Sequence record: ON287376.1
Direction: 5' to 3' (one strand)
DNA: 64,000 bases
Shown here: in pieces, positions 32,981 through 43,295 of the stretch
Numbering within the stretch: position 1 is the first letter of the stretch
Layout of the letters: each line of letters opens with the position of its first letter
Notes under the pieces: generated by a model
What the model was told of the DNA's origin: nothing
The model's database searches: none
What the model saw: only the letters and a program-made list of their open reading frames with translations
Made by a program: the position numbers and the translations under genes

Positions 32981-35254
32981 ATGAAGTTTACAAAAAGTAT
33001 TCTGGCTAAGCGCGCTTCCGCCCCGGCCGTAGAGTCTGAAGTAATTGATCAGGCTAAAATCGATCAGTTGGCTGAAAAGAACGCTGACATCGATGAAGTC
33101 GCTACCGGCGGCGAAGGTATCCAAACTGCAGAGCAGAAACCAGATACTACCAAAGACATCACTATGTCTGAAGTAGACCAGGTCGTCGCTGGCGAATCGG
33201 ATCCTAAAAACGTAGTTGGCGAACAGTCCGACGAGAAAGCTCCAGTTGTCAAAGACGCTGGCGCAGATCTGCCGGGTGCTGTAGGTAAAGGTGACGAAGT
33301 TGCTGATAATAAAGGCAACACCGAAGTTCCGGATACCGAGAACGAAGACGAAACCGGCACCGCCCCAACTGAAACCAAACCAGACCCAGAAGCAGACAGC
33401 AACGAAGCTGTTGCCACTGGCGAAGAAACTGCTCCGTCTAAAGAAGACGCGGCCGCTGCTGTTGCAGCTGACCTGGAAGCAGATCCGGTAGATTCCCCGG
33501 TAACTGAAGAAGAAGGCACCGAAGCCTCTGCTGACGATACTGCCGAAGCCGCCGAAGAAGAAGCTAACCTGGACAACGCCGAAGCCGGTGCAGATACTGA
33601 AAGCGATCCGGCCAACAGCGCTGAAGGCGAAGCTACCGAAGCCGAAGACCAACCAGGCGAAGAAGGCGCAGCTGAAGCTGCCGCTGAAGTTTCAGACGCT
33701 CCTGTAGAAGTGGCCGCTGTAGAAGTTGACCCAACCGAAGCAGGTGATACCACTGCAGCTGACGAAGTCGACGCTATCGCAGTTGGCGACGACGTAGTTG
33801 TTCCGGTTGAAGTTAACGAACCAGGTGAACCTGTTGTTGCCGAAGTCCAGTTCGAAGAGCCTGTTGGCGAAACCGAAATCGTTGTTGCTACTGGCGCCGC
33901 GACTGATGGTACTGCTGATACCACGGCTGCTATCGTAGCTGAACCTGAAGCCGCACCGGTTGCTGTAGTAGAAGGCCCGGAAGCTACCCCTGACTTCGTT
34001 GCTGTTGCTGACGCCACCGATGGCGTTGTTCCAGCGGCTACCGAAGTAGACGAAGCGTTCGAATCTGCCGACGTTATCGAAACCGATATCGTTGAGCAAG
34101 AGCCTACCTACGAAATCCTGAGCGAAGCCGTACAGACCTACCCAGAAGTTGTAGCTGTACTGGACAACGCACTGGCTAACGGCGGGATCTCTGTAGAAGC
34201 TGCTGCCCTGCTGAACATCTTCACTCAACGTGACGGTATCCCGGCTGGCATGAACGTCGCTACTGAGTCCTACGGCGGTTACGCTCGTTCTCAGACCCGC
34301 ATCGCGCTGGAGAGCATCAAAGAGTCTCTGCGTCAATGGTGGGCTGACCTGGTTAAGTGGGCTAAAGAGCAACGCGATCGTCTGGCTGCGTGGCTGAAGT
34401 CTCTGTTTGATGCAAGCGCTGCTATGCGTAAAGAAGCAGAAGCAATCATCAAAGATGCAGAAGGCCTGACCACCGACGCTACTGGCGACATCGAAGTTAA
34501 AGATCCTTCCGCTCTGGTTAAGGACGGCGCGATCTCTACCGATATCGCTCGTGACGTAACTGAGCTGGCTCAACTGATCGGACGCGTATACGTTCCACTG
34601 GGCAACGCCTGCATGGAAGGTTGTGGCAAAGCTGCTACCGTAATCGCTGATCTGAAAGGCGACGAAGAGAAAGGCGCCGTTGCAACTGAAATCGCTCGTG
34701 CATTCGAATCGGCCGACGCTGCGTTCCGTTCTAAACTGAACGAACCAGGTGCGACTGACGGCTTCCGTCAATCCAAAGTTCAGATCGGTGAACGTGTACT
34801 GCGCGGTAAAGTTGGTGACCATAACTCCGACGTAACTCTGTCTGACTTCGCCACCGGCGACGAGTGCCTGGCATTCGTACCAGTAACCGAAGAAACTCCG
34901 GCTGACCTGACTGTCAAAGCTCTGAAACTGGGCGATGCGGTTGATACTGCGAAAGCGGTACTGGCTCTGCTGGACGCTATCGAAGAAACCAAGAAGATGG
35001 AAGCACCGTGCAAAACTGCAGCTGATAAAGTTGACGCTGCCGGCGAACATCTGGTTAAACTGGCCGAAGAAGACAGCACCAACAGCGAGCTGGTAAGCGA
35101 ACTGCGTTCTGTCGTGATGTCTCTGCAAAAAGAGATGTCTACTCCGTTCTCTCGCTCCATGAAGTACTTCGCGGCTGTTGCTCGCGCTGCACTGAGTGCC
35201 GCTCGTCAGTCTCTGCCTAAAGCAGGTGCTGCTGAACAAAGCGAAGAAGCGTAA
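32981..35254 (+). CDS. Abundant internal head protein (phiKZ gp93/SPN3US gp53-54 family) with ~385-aa acidic propeptide
   Basis: GAGGAG RBS; Ala/Glu/Asp-rich N-half; VATE|S...IALE|SIKESLRQWW family motif. Confidence 0.75.
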   Translation: MKFTKSILAKRASAPAVESEVIDQAKIDQLAEKNADIDEVATGGEGIQTAEQKPDTTKDITMSEVDQVVAGESDPKNVVGEQSDEKAPVVKDAGADLPGAVGKGDEVADNKGNTEVPDTENEDETGTAPTETKPDPEADSNEAVATGEETAPSKEDAAAAVAADLEADPVDSPVTEEEGTEASADDTAEAAEEEANLDNAEAGADTESDPANSAEGEATEAEDQPGEEGAAEAAAEVSDAPVEVAAVEVDPTEAGDTTAADEVDAIAVGDDVVVPVEVNEPGEPVVAEVQFEEPVGETEIVVATGAATDGTADTTAAIVAEPEAAPVAVVEGPEATPDFVAVADATDGVVPAATEVDEAFESADVIETDIVEQEPTYEILSEAVQTYPEVVAVLDNALANGGISVEAAALLNIFTQRDGIPAGMNVATESYGGYARSQTRIALESIKESLRQWWADLVKWAKEQRDRLAAWLKSLFDASAAMRKEAEAIIKDAEGLTTDATGDIEVKDPSALVKDGAISTDIARDVTELAQLIGRVYVPLGNACMEGCGKAATVIADLKGDEEKGAVATEIARAFESADAAFRSKLNEPGATDGFRQSKVQIGERVLRGKVGDHNSDVTLSDFATGDECLAFVPVTEETPADLTVKALKLGDAVDTAKAVLALLDAIEETKKMEAPCKTAADKVDAAGEHLVKLAEEDSTNSELVSELRSVVMSLQKEMSTPFSRSMKYFAAVARAALSAARQSLPKAGAAEQSEEA

Positions 35255-35283
35255 TAGTACCTCGACCATCACGTAGTAAAGAT

Positions 35284-35321
35284 CAGGGAGGGAGGTTTCT
35301 CCCTCCCTGGTTTTCTATGTT
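35284..35321 (+). terminator. Terminator hairpin followed by CTATGT
   Basis: CAGGGAGGGAG-GTTT-CTCCCTCCCTG-GTTTTCTATGTT. Confidence 0.75.
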
Positions 35322-35349
35322 CATCCTCCTCCTCTAGGGCAGAGAAATC

Positions 35350-36804
35350 ATGAAGATTAATCGCTATCGTCAGACATTGGCAAGTCGTCCAAGTGTGTCT
35401 GTCGAATCAGATTCACAAGACGTCCACATCATCGATCATCAAGGCGAGCTAGTTCCAAAAGACACTGGCCCGGTTAAAATCCCAGATGGTACATTCGCAC
35501 CACAGCACATTGCTAATCTGGACATTCCGAAAGATATGGACTTCTCCTCTATCGTTGAAGAAACCGATTTCAACGACAAGATCAAAACCTACGAAGGCGT
35601 CGTCAACACTATCGAGAAAAACATGCCGCGCGGTGTGTCACTCGAAGCCGCTACATTCCTTAATCTCTTCGCAGAGAAAGAAGGTATCCCGGTGCAGATG
35701 TATGTTTCTAACGAATCGTACGATACTTTGGGTAGTAGCCAAAGTGCCGTTGCGCTGGAAGGCTTTAAAGAAGCTATCCGTGAGTGGTGGGCGCGTTTCC
35801 GCGAATGGCTGAAGAACATGGGTCAGCACCTGGAACAATGGGCGCAGCGTGTACTTACTGGTGCAGACCGTCTGGTAAGTCGTGCCCAGATCATTCTGGA
35901 TAATGCCGATGACCGTACTCCAGGGGACGATCGCATTAAGTCCAACCGTATCGGTAAACTGGCAATTGACGGACAAGTCACCGACGTACCGCGTCATCTG
36001 CGTGACCTGGCTAATATCTGCCGTGCTTCCTTCATCGATATTCAGAAAGCTGCTATCGACAACGGGAAAACTATCGCCAGCCTGGTTGCTTCTGTAGATC
36101 CAGCCAACGCTGACTCTGTAGGTAACACTGCAGATAAGATCAACAAAACCATTGAGCCGCCAATTAACTCAATGTCTTCATTCATGAAGAAGTCGGAAGA
36201 TCCTAGTATCGCCGAAATCTTACTGCGTGGTAACGAAGGTATCTTTGCTGAGACTTACATTTCAGACAAGCTGCTGGGTAACTGCACTATCGCTGCTGTA
36301 CACGTTAAAGCGAATGAGTCGGCTCAGCCGGTAGAGTACATGCGCAACGTGGCTAACGCAGTCCGTAACTGGCGCATTGAGTTCCTGGACGATACGGAAG
36401 AGTCTAAGAAATGGAACATGGGTACTTCCGGTGTAAACGAAGAAGAAGAGAACGAATTTAATCGTCTCTCTGCTGCCGATTGTCGTGCAGTTGCCGAGTC
36501 TGTTAAGAACATCGGTGAAGTTCTCCGTGGCTTGGAAGGTTTGGTATCCGATCGTCAGAGTACGCTGAATGAATTGAACCGTGCTGGTTCTCATCTTCAG
36601 AACGTGAATGGTGACGACGAAGACCAGAACGTAGGTTCCGTTGTTTCGTCTCTTCGTACCATCGCCAGCTCCGTTGCTTCCCGTCTGTCTGGCCCAAGTA
36701 CCAAACTGGCTTCTTACTTCGGTAACATGGCACGTATCTCTCTGGAGTATGCCGAGAAGTCCCTGAAAGCCAAGTCGACAGATCTGTCTGGCGTTGCTGA
36801 ATAA
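35350..36804 (+). CDS. Internal head protein paralog
   Basis: VSVE|S, VSLE|A, VSNE|S, VALE|GFKEAIREWW; LAIDG; C-terminal YFGNMARISLEYAEKSL. Confidence 0.75.
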   Translation: MKINRYRQTLASRPSVSVESDSQDVHIIDHQGELVPKDTGPVKIPDGTFAPQHIANLDIPKDMDFSSIVEETDFNDKIKTYEGVVNTIEKNMPRGVSLEAATFLNLFAEKEGIPVQMYVSNESYDTLGSSQSAVALEGFKEAIREWWARFREWLKNMGQHLEQWAQRVLTGADRLVSRAQIILDNADDRTPGDDRIKSNRIGKLAIDGQVTDVPRHLRDLANICRASFIDIQKAAIDNGKTIASLVASVDPANADSVGNTADKINKTIEPPINSMSSFMKKSEDPSIAEILLRGNEGIFAETYISDKLLGNCTIAAVHVKANESAQPVEYMRNVANAVRNWRIEFLDDTEESKKWNMGTSGVNEEEENEFNRLSAADCRAVAESVKNIGEVLRGLEGLVSDRQSTLNELNRAGSHLQNVNGDDEDQNVGSVVSSLRTIASSVASRLSGPSTKLASYFGNMARISLEYAEKSLKAKSTDLSGVAE

Positions 36805-36811
36805 AAACAAA

Positions 36812-36835
36812 TAGGGCGAGTTAATCCTCGCCCTA
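36812..36835 (+). terminator. Intergenic hairpin
   Basis: TAGGGCGAG-TTAATC-CTCGCCCTA. Confidence 0.65.
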
Positions 36836-36862
36836 AGATCAACTTTAAGATGGTAAGAAGAA

Positions 36863-38065
36863 ATGATCGATAAAATTGCAAGTGATGCAGACAACCTGAA
36901 CGAGATGCGAATCGCGTTGGAATCATTCGGTGAAACTATTCCGGAAGATGCCAAAGAGATTGCCAACCTTTACTTGGGTAATCCAACAGGTACTGAGGTA
37001 TCGGTTGAGTCTGTCAAGGACAAAGCTAAAGAGCTCATCAAACGTCTGATCAAATGGCTGCAGGAAATGTACGCCAAGGCAAAAGACTGGATGCGCCAAT
37101 ACAACCCTTCGATATTGAAACTGAAGCATCGTTTGGAGAAAGCGAAGACTGCCGTTTCAGAAGGAGAGTTCCGCCACGGTGAAGTGAAGTTCCGCTCAGC
37201 TAATCGTTTAGCAGTAGACGGTACTTTGGGTGATGGTATTGCATTCCGCCTGAACCAGGCCGTTGACATGATCAACAGTTTCTACATCGACTCTCGTAAA
37301 GACTCTGTGGCAACTGTTAAGAAGTTGATTGCCATGGCCGAAGACTTCATTACTGAGCACCCTGGCCATAGCGAAGGGCTTCGTGACGATACTGTCGAGT
37401 TCCGTAAGGAAATGATAGAGGCCCTCAAACCTCTTGCTAATCGCATCGAGAATACTTTCAAAGGATATCGTCAATCTAATGAAGTAGTTCGTCGTCTTGG
37501 TTTACCGAGTTCCTTTAACGTTAAGTTCGATGATGCTCACATGGTTTCATCCGAGCTTATGCCGGGTAACTACGCTATCTTTACGCTGATGGTTAACCAT
37601 ACTCCGATCATCCGGTTTAATGATGAAGGCGTCACCGAAACTCAAGCCATTGGCCGTCTTAGCGACGCATTGAAATATCTATACCCACATCTCGCTCATG
37701 TAGCGGATCAGGGTAAAGATATTCGTGCAGCTGAAGCCTTGGATAAGAAAGGTGCGGAAGATGTATTGAAGGAAGTCGAGAAGATCATTCAGATTAAAGA
37801 GTCCTTCTCTAAATTCCCGGCAGCCGAACTTATTCGTGACGTGACCAGAATGGCGGAGAAAGCACTTAAGAGCGACTACTACGTCTACGAGGCGATTAAT
37901 ATCTCTCGCGGCCTGATTGCTCTGATTAACTTCGACTCTGGTAAAGTCATGAGCTACCTGACGTCTTTAGCCAACGCCGCACTGGACTACGTAAACGCAT
38001 CGCTGGGTCAGGTCACGGAAGAGGAAGTCGTACCAAACTACCCAGCACTAACTCATAAGGCTTAA
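36863..38065 (+). CDS. Internal head protein paralog
   Basis: IALE|S, VSVE|SVKDKAKELIKRLIKW; LAVDG; YLTSLANAALDYVNASL. Confidence 0.75.
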   Translation: MIDKIASDADNLNEMRIALESFGETIPEDAKEIANLYLGNPTGTEVSVESVKDKAKELIKRLIKWLQEMYAKAKDWMRQYNPSILKLKHRLEKAKTAVSEGEFRHGEVKFRSANRLAVDGTLGDGIAFRLNQAVDMINSFYIDSRKDSVATVKKLIAMAEDFITEHPGHSEGLRDDTVEFRKEMIEALKPLANRIENTFKGYRQSNEVVRRLGLPSSFNVKFDDAHMVSSELMPGNYAIFTLMVNHTPIIRFNDEGVTETQAIGRLSDALKYLYPHLAHVADQGKDIRAAEALDKKGAEDVLKEVEKIIQIKESFSKFPAAELIRDVTRMAEKALKSDYYVYEAINISRGLIALINFDSGKVMSYLTSLANAALDYVNASLGQVTEEEVVPNYPALTHKA

Positions 38066-38067
38066 CA

Positions 38068-39249
38068 ATGAGCATCCTGGAAGATAAAACGGGGATTGTC
38101 CCTCCGCATATGCAGAAGCGGTTAAATGAACTGCACTCTCTGGAAGTGGCCTGTGAAGATTGCGATTGCGAATCGGGTATGTCTCCGGACGCGTATGAGA
38201 TCTTAGCAGAGATGGCTCCAAGTTACGATATGGTTCTTCCACCTGCGCCAGAAGGCGACGGCCTGGGTATGAAACAAATCGCACTGGAATCCATCCGTTC
38301 CACCCTGAAACAATGGTGGGAACAACTCAAGGCTTGGGTTATCAAAATGCGCCGTACTATCATGTCCTGGGTACGTACTACCCTGCAAGGCATTGACGGT
38401 TTGGTTAAGCACGCTGATATCCTTCGTAAGTCGGTAGAAGCCAACAGTAACTTTGGCGGTAGCGATGTTGAAATCAAACACGCCAATCTATTGGCCATTG
38501 ACGGTCAGCCGGTCAACGACTTGGCTCGTCAGTTGGAAGAGCTGCGTAAGATCAACGAAGTCGGGATGGAACGTTTCACTAAGCAAGGCCAGACCTCTGC
38601 GCGTGATTTGACTAACGACTTGACCAAGTTGGATTTCCGTCAGGCGAGTAAAGCGGTAGAAGGTTACGTAGATGCATTCACAATCATCTGCAAGACCAAA
38701 GTAAACCCGAATGTATCAGAAGATCTTTTCGGTATGGATCCCCGTGAAGTAGACGAGCTGCGTATGTCGGATACTTTCCTGGGTAACTACTGCTTCGTGT
38801 CGGTGAAAGCTAAACGCGATACTCACTACACGAACTCCGAGATCGAGAACCTCCAAGCGGTAGTCGATTACGCTAAGCGTTCTAAAATCCGTTTCTATCA
38901 GGACGGTAATAAAGAAACTTACGAAGGCTCCCTGCCATCCGTAGATCAGCGCACAGCGGTTTCAATCATTGATGCAGCTGTGAACCTGGCTAAGTCTGTA
39001 AAAGCCTCTAACAGCCAACGCCAGGCCGAAGAACGACTGGAAAACGAATTCCTCAAGAAGGCCGACGCAGCAGCTAAAGTCTATCTGGAAGAAGACGCTG
39101 ACGCGGCTCAGGCTCGTGCAGTACGTTCCCTGTTCTCCGTTGTGCTGACCATGATCAACGGTTTAGGTTTCCACTTCAGCGATTACCTGATCTCTACGGC
39201 CAAGTCTTCTTTGGCTTACGTAAACGAACTGAACAACGCAGAGGCTTAA
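38068..39249 (+). CDS. Internal head protein paralog
   Basis: IALE|SIRSTLKQWW; LAIDG; YLISTAKSSLAYVNEL. Confidence 0.75.
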   Translation: MSILEDKTGIVPPHMQKRLNELHSLEVACEDCDCESGMSPDAYEILAEMAPSYDMVLPPAPEGDGLGMKQIALESIRSTLKQWWEQLKAWVIKMRRTIMSWVRTTLQGIDGLVKHADILRKSVEANSNFGGSDVEIKHANLLAIDGQPVNDLARQLEELRKINEVGMERFTKQGQTSARDLTNDLTKLDFRQASKAVEGYVDAFTIICKTKVNPNVSEDLFGMDPREVDELRMSDTFLGNYCFVSVKAKRDTHYTNSEIENLQAVVDYAKRSKIRFYQDGNKETYEGSLPSVDQRTAVSIIDAAVNLAKSVKASNSQRQAEERLENEFLKKADAAAKVYLEEDADAAQARAVRSLFSVVLTMINGLGFHFSDYLISTAKSSLAYVNELNNAEA

Positions 39250-39250
39250 G

Positions 39251-40486
39251 ATGGACGAGGGTTTTGAGATTAACGTCTCCCCTTACGATCTTCTGTTAGC
39301 TGAATCTGAATCTGAACGAATCAGTTTGGAGTCGGAAGCTATTGATGATGAAATCCAAGAGATCGGTCGTCGCACTGATCTTTACGATGAAGTCGAAGAA
39401 GGCGTAGATCACGAAGGGGACGTGACGCAACATGAGCTAGCACTCATCAGTCAAGCTACTGCTGCGTTGTTTGGCGATATCAACAACGGCGGAATGCCGT
39501 CGATGGAATCGGCAGATGGTACTATCTCCATGGAAGCGTTTGCTGACCTAGCGCGTAACATGAAAGTTTCTGCCCGCGACCTGTTGGTTCGTCTGTGGAG
39601 ACTGATTACCGATTTCTGGGAAAACATGGGTACGCGTGTCTCTGGCGTTTCTGCTGGCGCTAATGCAACTCGTGAACGTGCTAAAGATATCATCGGTATT
39701 CAACCGAAGGTATCCAAGTTCGACTCAGGTATCACCGCTGCACGTTACCTTAACTTCCGCGGTAAGAAGACTGATAAGTTCTCTAGCATCTACGAGAGCT
39801 TAAAAGAACTCGAGCACACAGTGGAGTCATTGATGAGCACTTGGGCAATCGACGTTGTTAAGTCCGGCGATGAAGTACTCCGTATCCTGAACAAAACTCT
39901 GAGTTCAACCAACCCAGAGAATGCACAGGAGATCGAGACTAGCCTACTTAGCGCTAACGACATCACTAGCCAGCTAATGGCGAGTGTTCACCCTAACCTT
40001 CGTAAGGAAGTCCAATTACCCGCTAACGGTACGTTGGTCTTCAATCTGATCGATTCTAAAGATGTACGCTCCCAAGTTAATAAAGCTCGCGCACTTCAAC
40101 GCTCAGGCTTTACCTTTAACTCAGGTGTTGTTGAAACCGAAGGGGCAACTGAAGTAGATGTCTTTACGGTAGATCAGATTCGTGAACTCATGGATGTCAG
40201 CCTGCGCATTACTGAGATCATCCGTCGTTACCGCGAACGTAACAAATTGAACAAACTGGCAGAGGATACTCTGACGTTAGTGCGTTCAGCTAAAGTCATG
40301 TCTGGTAACCTGGAAAACGATATCTCAGACAACCGTCAGGGAGCAGCTAAGAATGCATTGTACAACTACGGTAATGCTTACGCTTCATGGAGCCGCCAGC
40401 CTACCTTACCGATTATCTCGTTGACAATCACTTACCTGCGCATCGTACAGTCCATGTGCAACCGTTCGATTAACGCTTACTTGTAA
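39251..40486 (+). CDS. Internal head protein paralog (more divergent)
   Basis: ISLE|S, PSME|S, ISME|A followed by a Trp-containing amphipathic helix. Confidence 0.7.
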   Translation: MDEGFEINVSPYDLLLAESESERISLESEAIDDEIQEIGRRTDLYDEVEEGVDHEGDVTQHELALISQATAALFGDINNGGMPSMESADGTISMEAFADLARNMKVSARDLLVRLWRLITDFWENMGTRVSGVSAGANATRERAKDIIGIQPKVSKFDSGITAARYLNFRGKKTDKFSSIYESLKELEHTVESLMSTWAIDVVKSGDEVLRILNKTLSSTNPENAQEIETSLLSANDITSQLMASVHPNLRKEVQLPANGTLVFNLIDSKDVRSQVNKARALQRSGFTFNSGVVETEGATEVDVFTVDQIRELMDVSLRITEIIRRYRERNKLNKLAEDTLTLVRSAKVMSGNLENDISDNRQGAAKNALYNYGNAYASWSRQPTLPIISLTITYLRIVQSMCNRSINAYL

Positions 40487-40487
40487 A

Positions 40488-40521
40488 GCATAGAGGAGAG
40501 GGTTAATTCCCTCTCCTTTTT
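40488..40521 (+). terminator. Rho-independent terminator
   Basis: GCATAG-AGGAGAGGG-TTAATT-CCCTCTCCT-TTTT. Confidence 0.85.
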
Positions 40522-40574
40522 ATTTTACGTATCGGAGGCTTTCTTTGAAGTTAACTTCTTTTAAGGAATCTAGT

Positions 40575-41651
40575 ATGAACGTAGCTGTAGTGCTGTCCCT
40601 GAACAATGGACCGATGTCTATTAGTTTCATCGCACCTAACAATGCACCGACCATTGAAGATATTTTCAAAGGTAAAGGTCAATTCGCCGAAGTAGGCTCA
40701 ACAGACGTAGGCTTCAGTTATCTGACCCCTACCGATAATTTCCTGACCATGATGGATCTCTACGGTAACCATTGTGGTACCAAACTGACGGAGCAAGAGA
40801 TCGATCAGCATTTCGTTGCTACCGTAACCAAAAAACTCACCAGCGCCGGTTATATCCTGTATCCCGAAACTCCAGATACCCTGGCAGCTCCGTCTACCGA
40901 TCCGCGTATCCTGCGTGGCGTATTTAACGACTTCGTCATTGAGTCCAGTAAACTCGAAGACGATAAAATCGAATACCGCGTATCGGCCGGGGAAACAACG
41001 TTCTTCATCGTCGGTATCAATAGTCAAGAAGGTGCCCGTGGCGTTTCTGCAATGATCGATGACTACGTCGAATCTCTGCGTTTCCTGCAAACCAACCTGG
41101 ACGAAACCGCGGACATGTTCCCTAGCGAAACCGCTGTTGCAGAAGTTGCAGCACCTAAAGTGGAAGAGCAAGTCCCCGTTCAACAGGAAGAAAACTACCT
41201 GACCAGCCTGGTCAGCGAGCTGGGTGCCGACGAACCTAAAAGTAACACCAAATCTTTCGTTGACTCTCTGGTAGAAAAAGTTGCAGAGCCGGCTAAACCA
41301 GTAAAGCAGGAAAGTCCCGCCGAAGTAAACGAAAACGTCGTTAACCGCGCCGTTCTTCTGGTGGCACGTCGGGGCGAACCATGTTCTCTGGAAGTTATCT
41401 TCACCGGGAACGATGCTGCCGCAATGAAGGACATGAACTTCCTAGGCTACGTCACCGACGCCATCAAAGGCCATGGTCAAGCCGTCTACGTCGCGTCAGA
41501 TGATCGCCACATCCTGATCTTGGACGATAAGCTGGCTAAGAACTACCTGCTGCTGTTGACCAACGCCGTTAAAGACATGAAGCTGAATGTCCAAATCGAC
41601 CGCCGTTCTCCAGAACAGGAACCGCTGCGTACCGACACCGTTTACCTGTAA
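40575..41651 (+). CDS. Hypothetical protein (~358 aa)
   Basis: AAGGA RBS before ATG 40575; low-complexity linker between two domains. Confidence 0.7.
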   Translation: MNVAVVLSLNNGPMSISFIAPNNAPTIEDIFKGKGQFAEVGSTDVGFSYLTPTDNFLTMMDLYGNHCGTKLTEQEIDQHFVATVTKKLTSAGYILYPETPDTLAAPSTDPRILRGVFNDFVIESSKLEDDKIEYRVSAGETTFFIVGINSQEGARGVSAMIDDYVESLRFLQTNLDETADMFPSETAVAEVAAPKVEEQVPVQQEENYLTSLVSELGADEPKSNTKSFVDSLVEKVAEPAKPVKQESPAEVNENVVNRAVLLVARRGEPCSLEVIFTGNDAAAMKDMNFLGYVTDAIKGHGQAVYVASDDRHILILDDKLAKNYLLLLTNAVKDMKLNVQIDRRSPEQEPLRTDTVYL

Positions 41652-41659
41652 TATATTGA

Positions 41660-41692
41660 GAATGCGGGCCCTTAGGGGTTCGCATTCTTATG
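41660..41692 (+). promoter_or_regulatory. Hairpin followed by TATG (terminator plus late promoter candidate)
   Basis: GAATGCGGGCCC-TTAG-GGGTTCGCATTC-TTATG upstream of the neck genes. Confidence 0.5.
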
Positions 41693-41739
41693 ACATCCCG
41701 CCCAATACGGCGCGAGCCCGGCGAACAGGAAATGAATTT

Positions 41740-43290
41740 ATGCCCCAGTTAGCGCTTCCTATCCCTGACGTCTATGCGTCCGTAACAAGACGAGTTAACG
41801 TCAGTATCATTCGTGCTATCATGAATGTGACGGGTATCAAAGACGATACCTTTATTGAATTCGCAGGTGAGAATGAAGCAGTACCGACTTGGTTGACTAC
41901 GTTGGATCAAAAGGTCTATAACGAGAACAACACCGCCAAGTTCCCATTCTACCAAAAAATAAAAGTCGATTACCAAGAAGAGGTGAACGACGATCCGATT
42001 CTCTCTACCGCCTATCACTACAACGATTTGATGCTGGCATGGAACGACCCTAAGAGAAAGATTAACGTCTCTCCGTTCCGTGAGCAAGTGAAGGCCACGC
42101 TTAACTTTACTTATCGTACTATCGATAAGAACGCTGCCCAAAACTGGCGTAGCATGATGCGTCGTAAGATCATGCGTCACTTCATTGACGAAACATTCAA
42201 CGCTGCATTCTACTACGTTATGCCAGTACAGGTAGTTGCCATGTTAGCTATCTTCCATGAAATGAAAGAGAAGATTGCAGGTGACGGCGATACGTTTGAA
42301 GATTACCTGAAGAATAACGCTGTAGGTGATCTCGCCACAATGGTGGATAACGCAGGTCGAAATGCGACTTACGTTTTCCGTGAGCAGCAGCTGGATATTT
42401 TGGGTAACTTCGAATTCTCTGCGCCGCCTATCGAAGAGAAACTACCTGACGGCAACTGCTATGATATTACCTTTACGTATCGTTTCAGTTATGACCGGCC
42501 AATCGGCATGATCGTGAAGTATCCTTTGGTCATCCACAATCAGTTGATTCCACCCGGACTTCGTAAAGACCGTGGGTTGTATTCTCCTGCTGACCAACGT
42601 GGTTTGAGCAGTGGTTCTACTCGTCGTTATTACGAGCTGTTCAAGAACTTCACTTGGTCTGCAGCTGACCCAATCTTTAACATCATCCCGTTCTACGATG
42701 ATTGGATGCCTACGCAAGTTGTGGCGGATACCTCGCCAATTGCGCAGTTCCTCATTCGTGTCGATCAGGATAACCCCAAAAAGGTTATTAACCTGAGAGA
42801 GCTCGGGAAGAACAAGTTTAACGAACAGTTCCTCGAATACATCCGTGATCAACGACTCATGGTTCCTCGAGCAACTGCGTGCGCAGCCCATATCTCGGTC
42901 TATGAAAATGACAGACCAATTGATCAACGGGATATCTTCATTGATGAAGACCTGAATATTTTCTGTCAGTACGACCTTGACGTTAAGTCGGTCTACCATG
43001 TCCGAGTGAACGTTTTCACTCAGCTACTCAACCTACAGCCATTTGCAGTTCGGTATCTCCAGGAACACCCAGATACCCTGAACATGATTGTGGATGCATT
43101 GGATCCATTCTTCCTTAAGAACGGCGGAGTGTACCCTAAAGCCCTGAATGGTAAGTTTGTTACCATGGATGAATATTTCCGGGTAGCCAGAGAGTTGCGC
43201 GTAACCGCAGAACGGTTCTACTCATTAACGTATAAGTCGATTATCCTGCCAACTGTGCTAGGGTATCACTTCCAGGTTGTCAAGGAGTAA
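41740..43290 (+). CDS. Virion neck/tail-junction protein (phiKZ gp98-like)
   Basis: AGGA RBS before ATG 41740 (track start lies inside the upstream gene); size and synteny. Confidence 0.6.
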   Translation: MPQLALPIPDVYASVTRRVNVSIIRAIMNVTGIKDDTFIEFAGENEAVPTWLTTLDQKVYNENNTAKFPFYQKIKVDYQEEVNDDPILSTAYHYNDLMLAWNDPKRKINVSPFREQVKATLNFTYRTIDKNAAQNWRSMMRRKIMRHFIDETFNAAFYYVMPVQVVAMLAIFHEMKEKIAGDGDTFEDYLKNNAVGDLATMVDNAGRNATYVFREQQLDILGNFEFSAPPIEEKLPDGNCYDITFTYRFSYDRPIGMIVKYPLVIHNQLIPPGLRKDRGLYSPADQRGLSSGSTRRYYELFKNFTWSAADPIFNIIPFYDDWMPTQVVADTSPIAQFLIRVDQDNPKKVINLRELGKNKFNEQFLEYIRDQRLMVPRATACAAHISVYENDRPIDQRDIFIDEDLNIFCQYDLDVKSVYHVRVNVFTQLLNLQPFAVRYLQEHPDTLNMIVDALDPFFLKNGGVYPKALNGKFVTMDEYFRVARELRVTAERFYSLTYKSIILPTVLGYHFQVVKE

Positions 43291-43295
43291 TTGAC

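Noticed and set aside
32942-35272. Antisense ORFs 32942..33652, 33064..34017 (Ser/Ala/Thr-rich) and 33692..35272
   Set aside because: Mirror images of the low-complexity acidic sense protein
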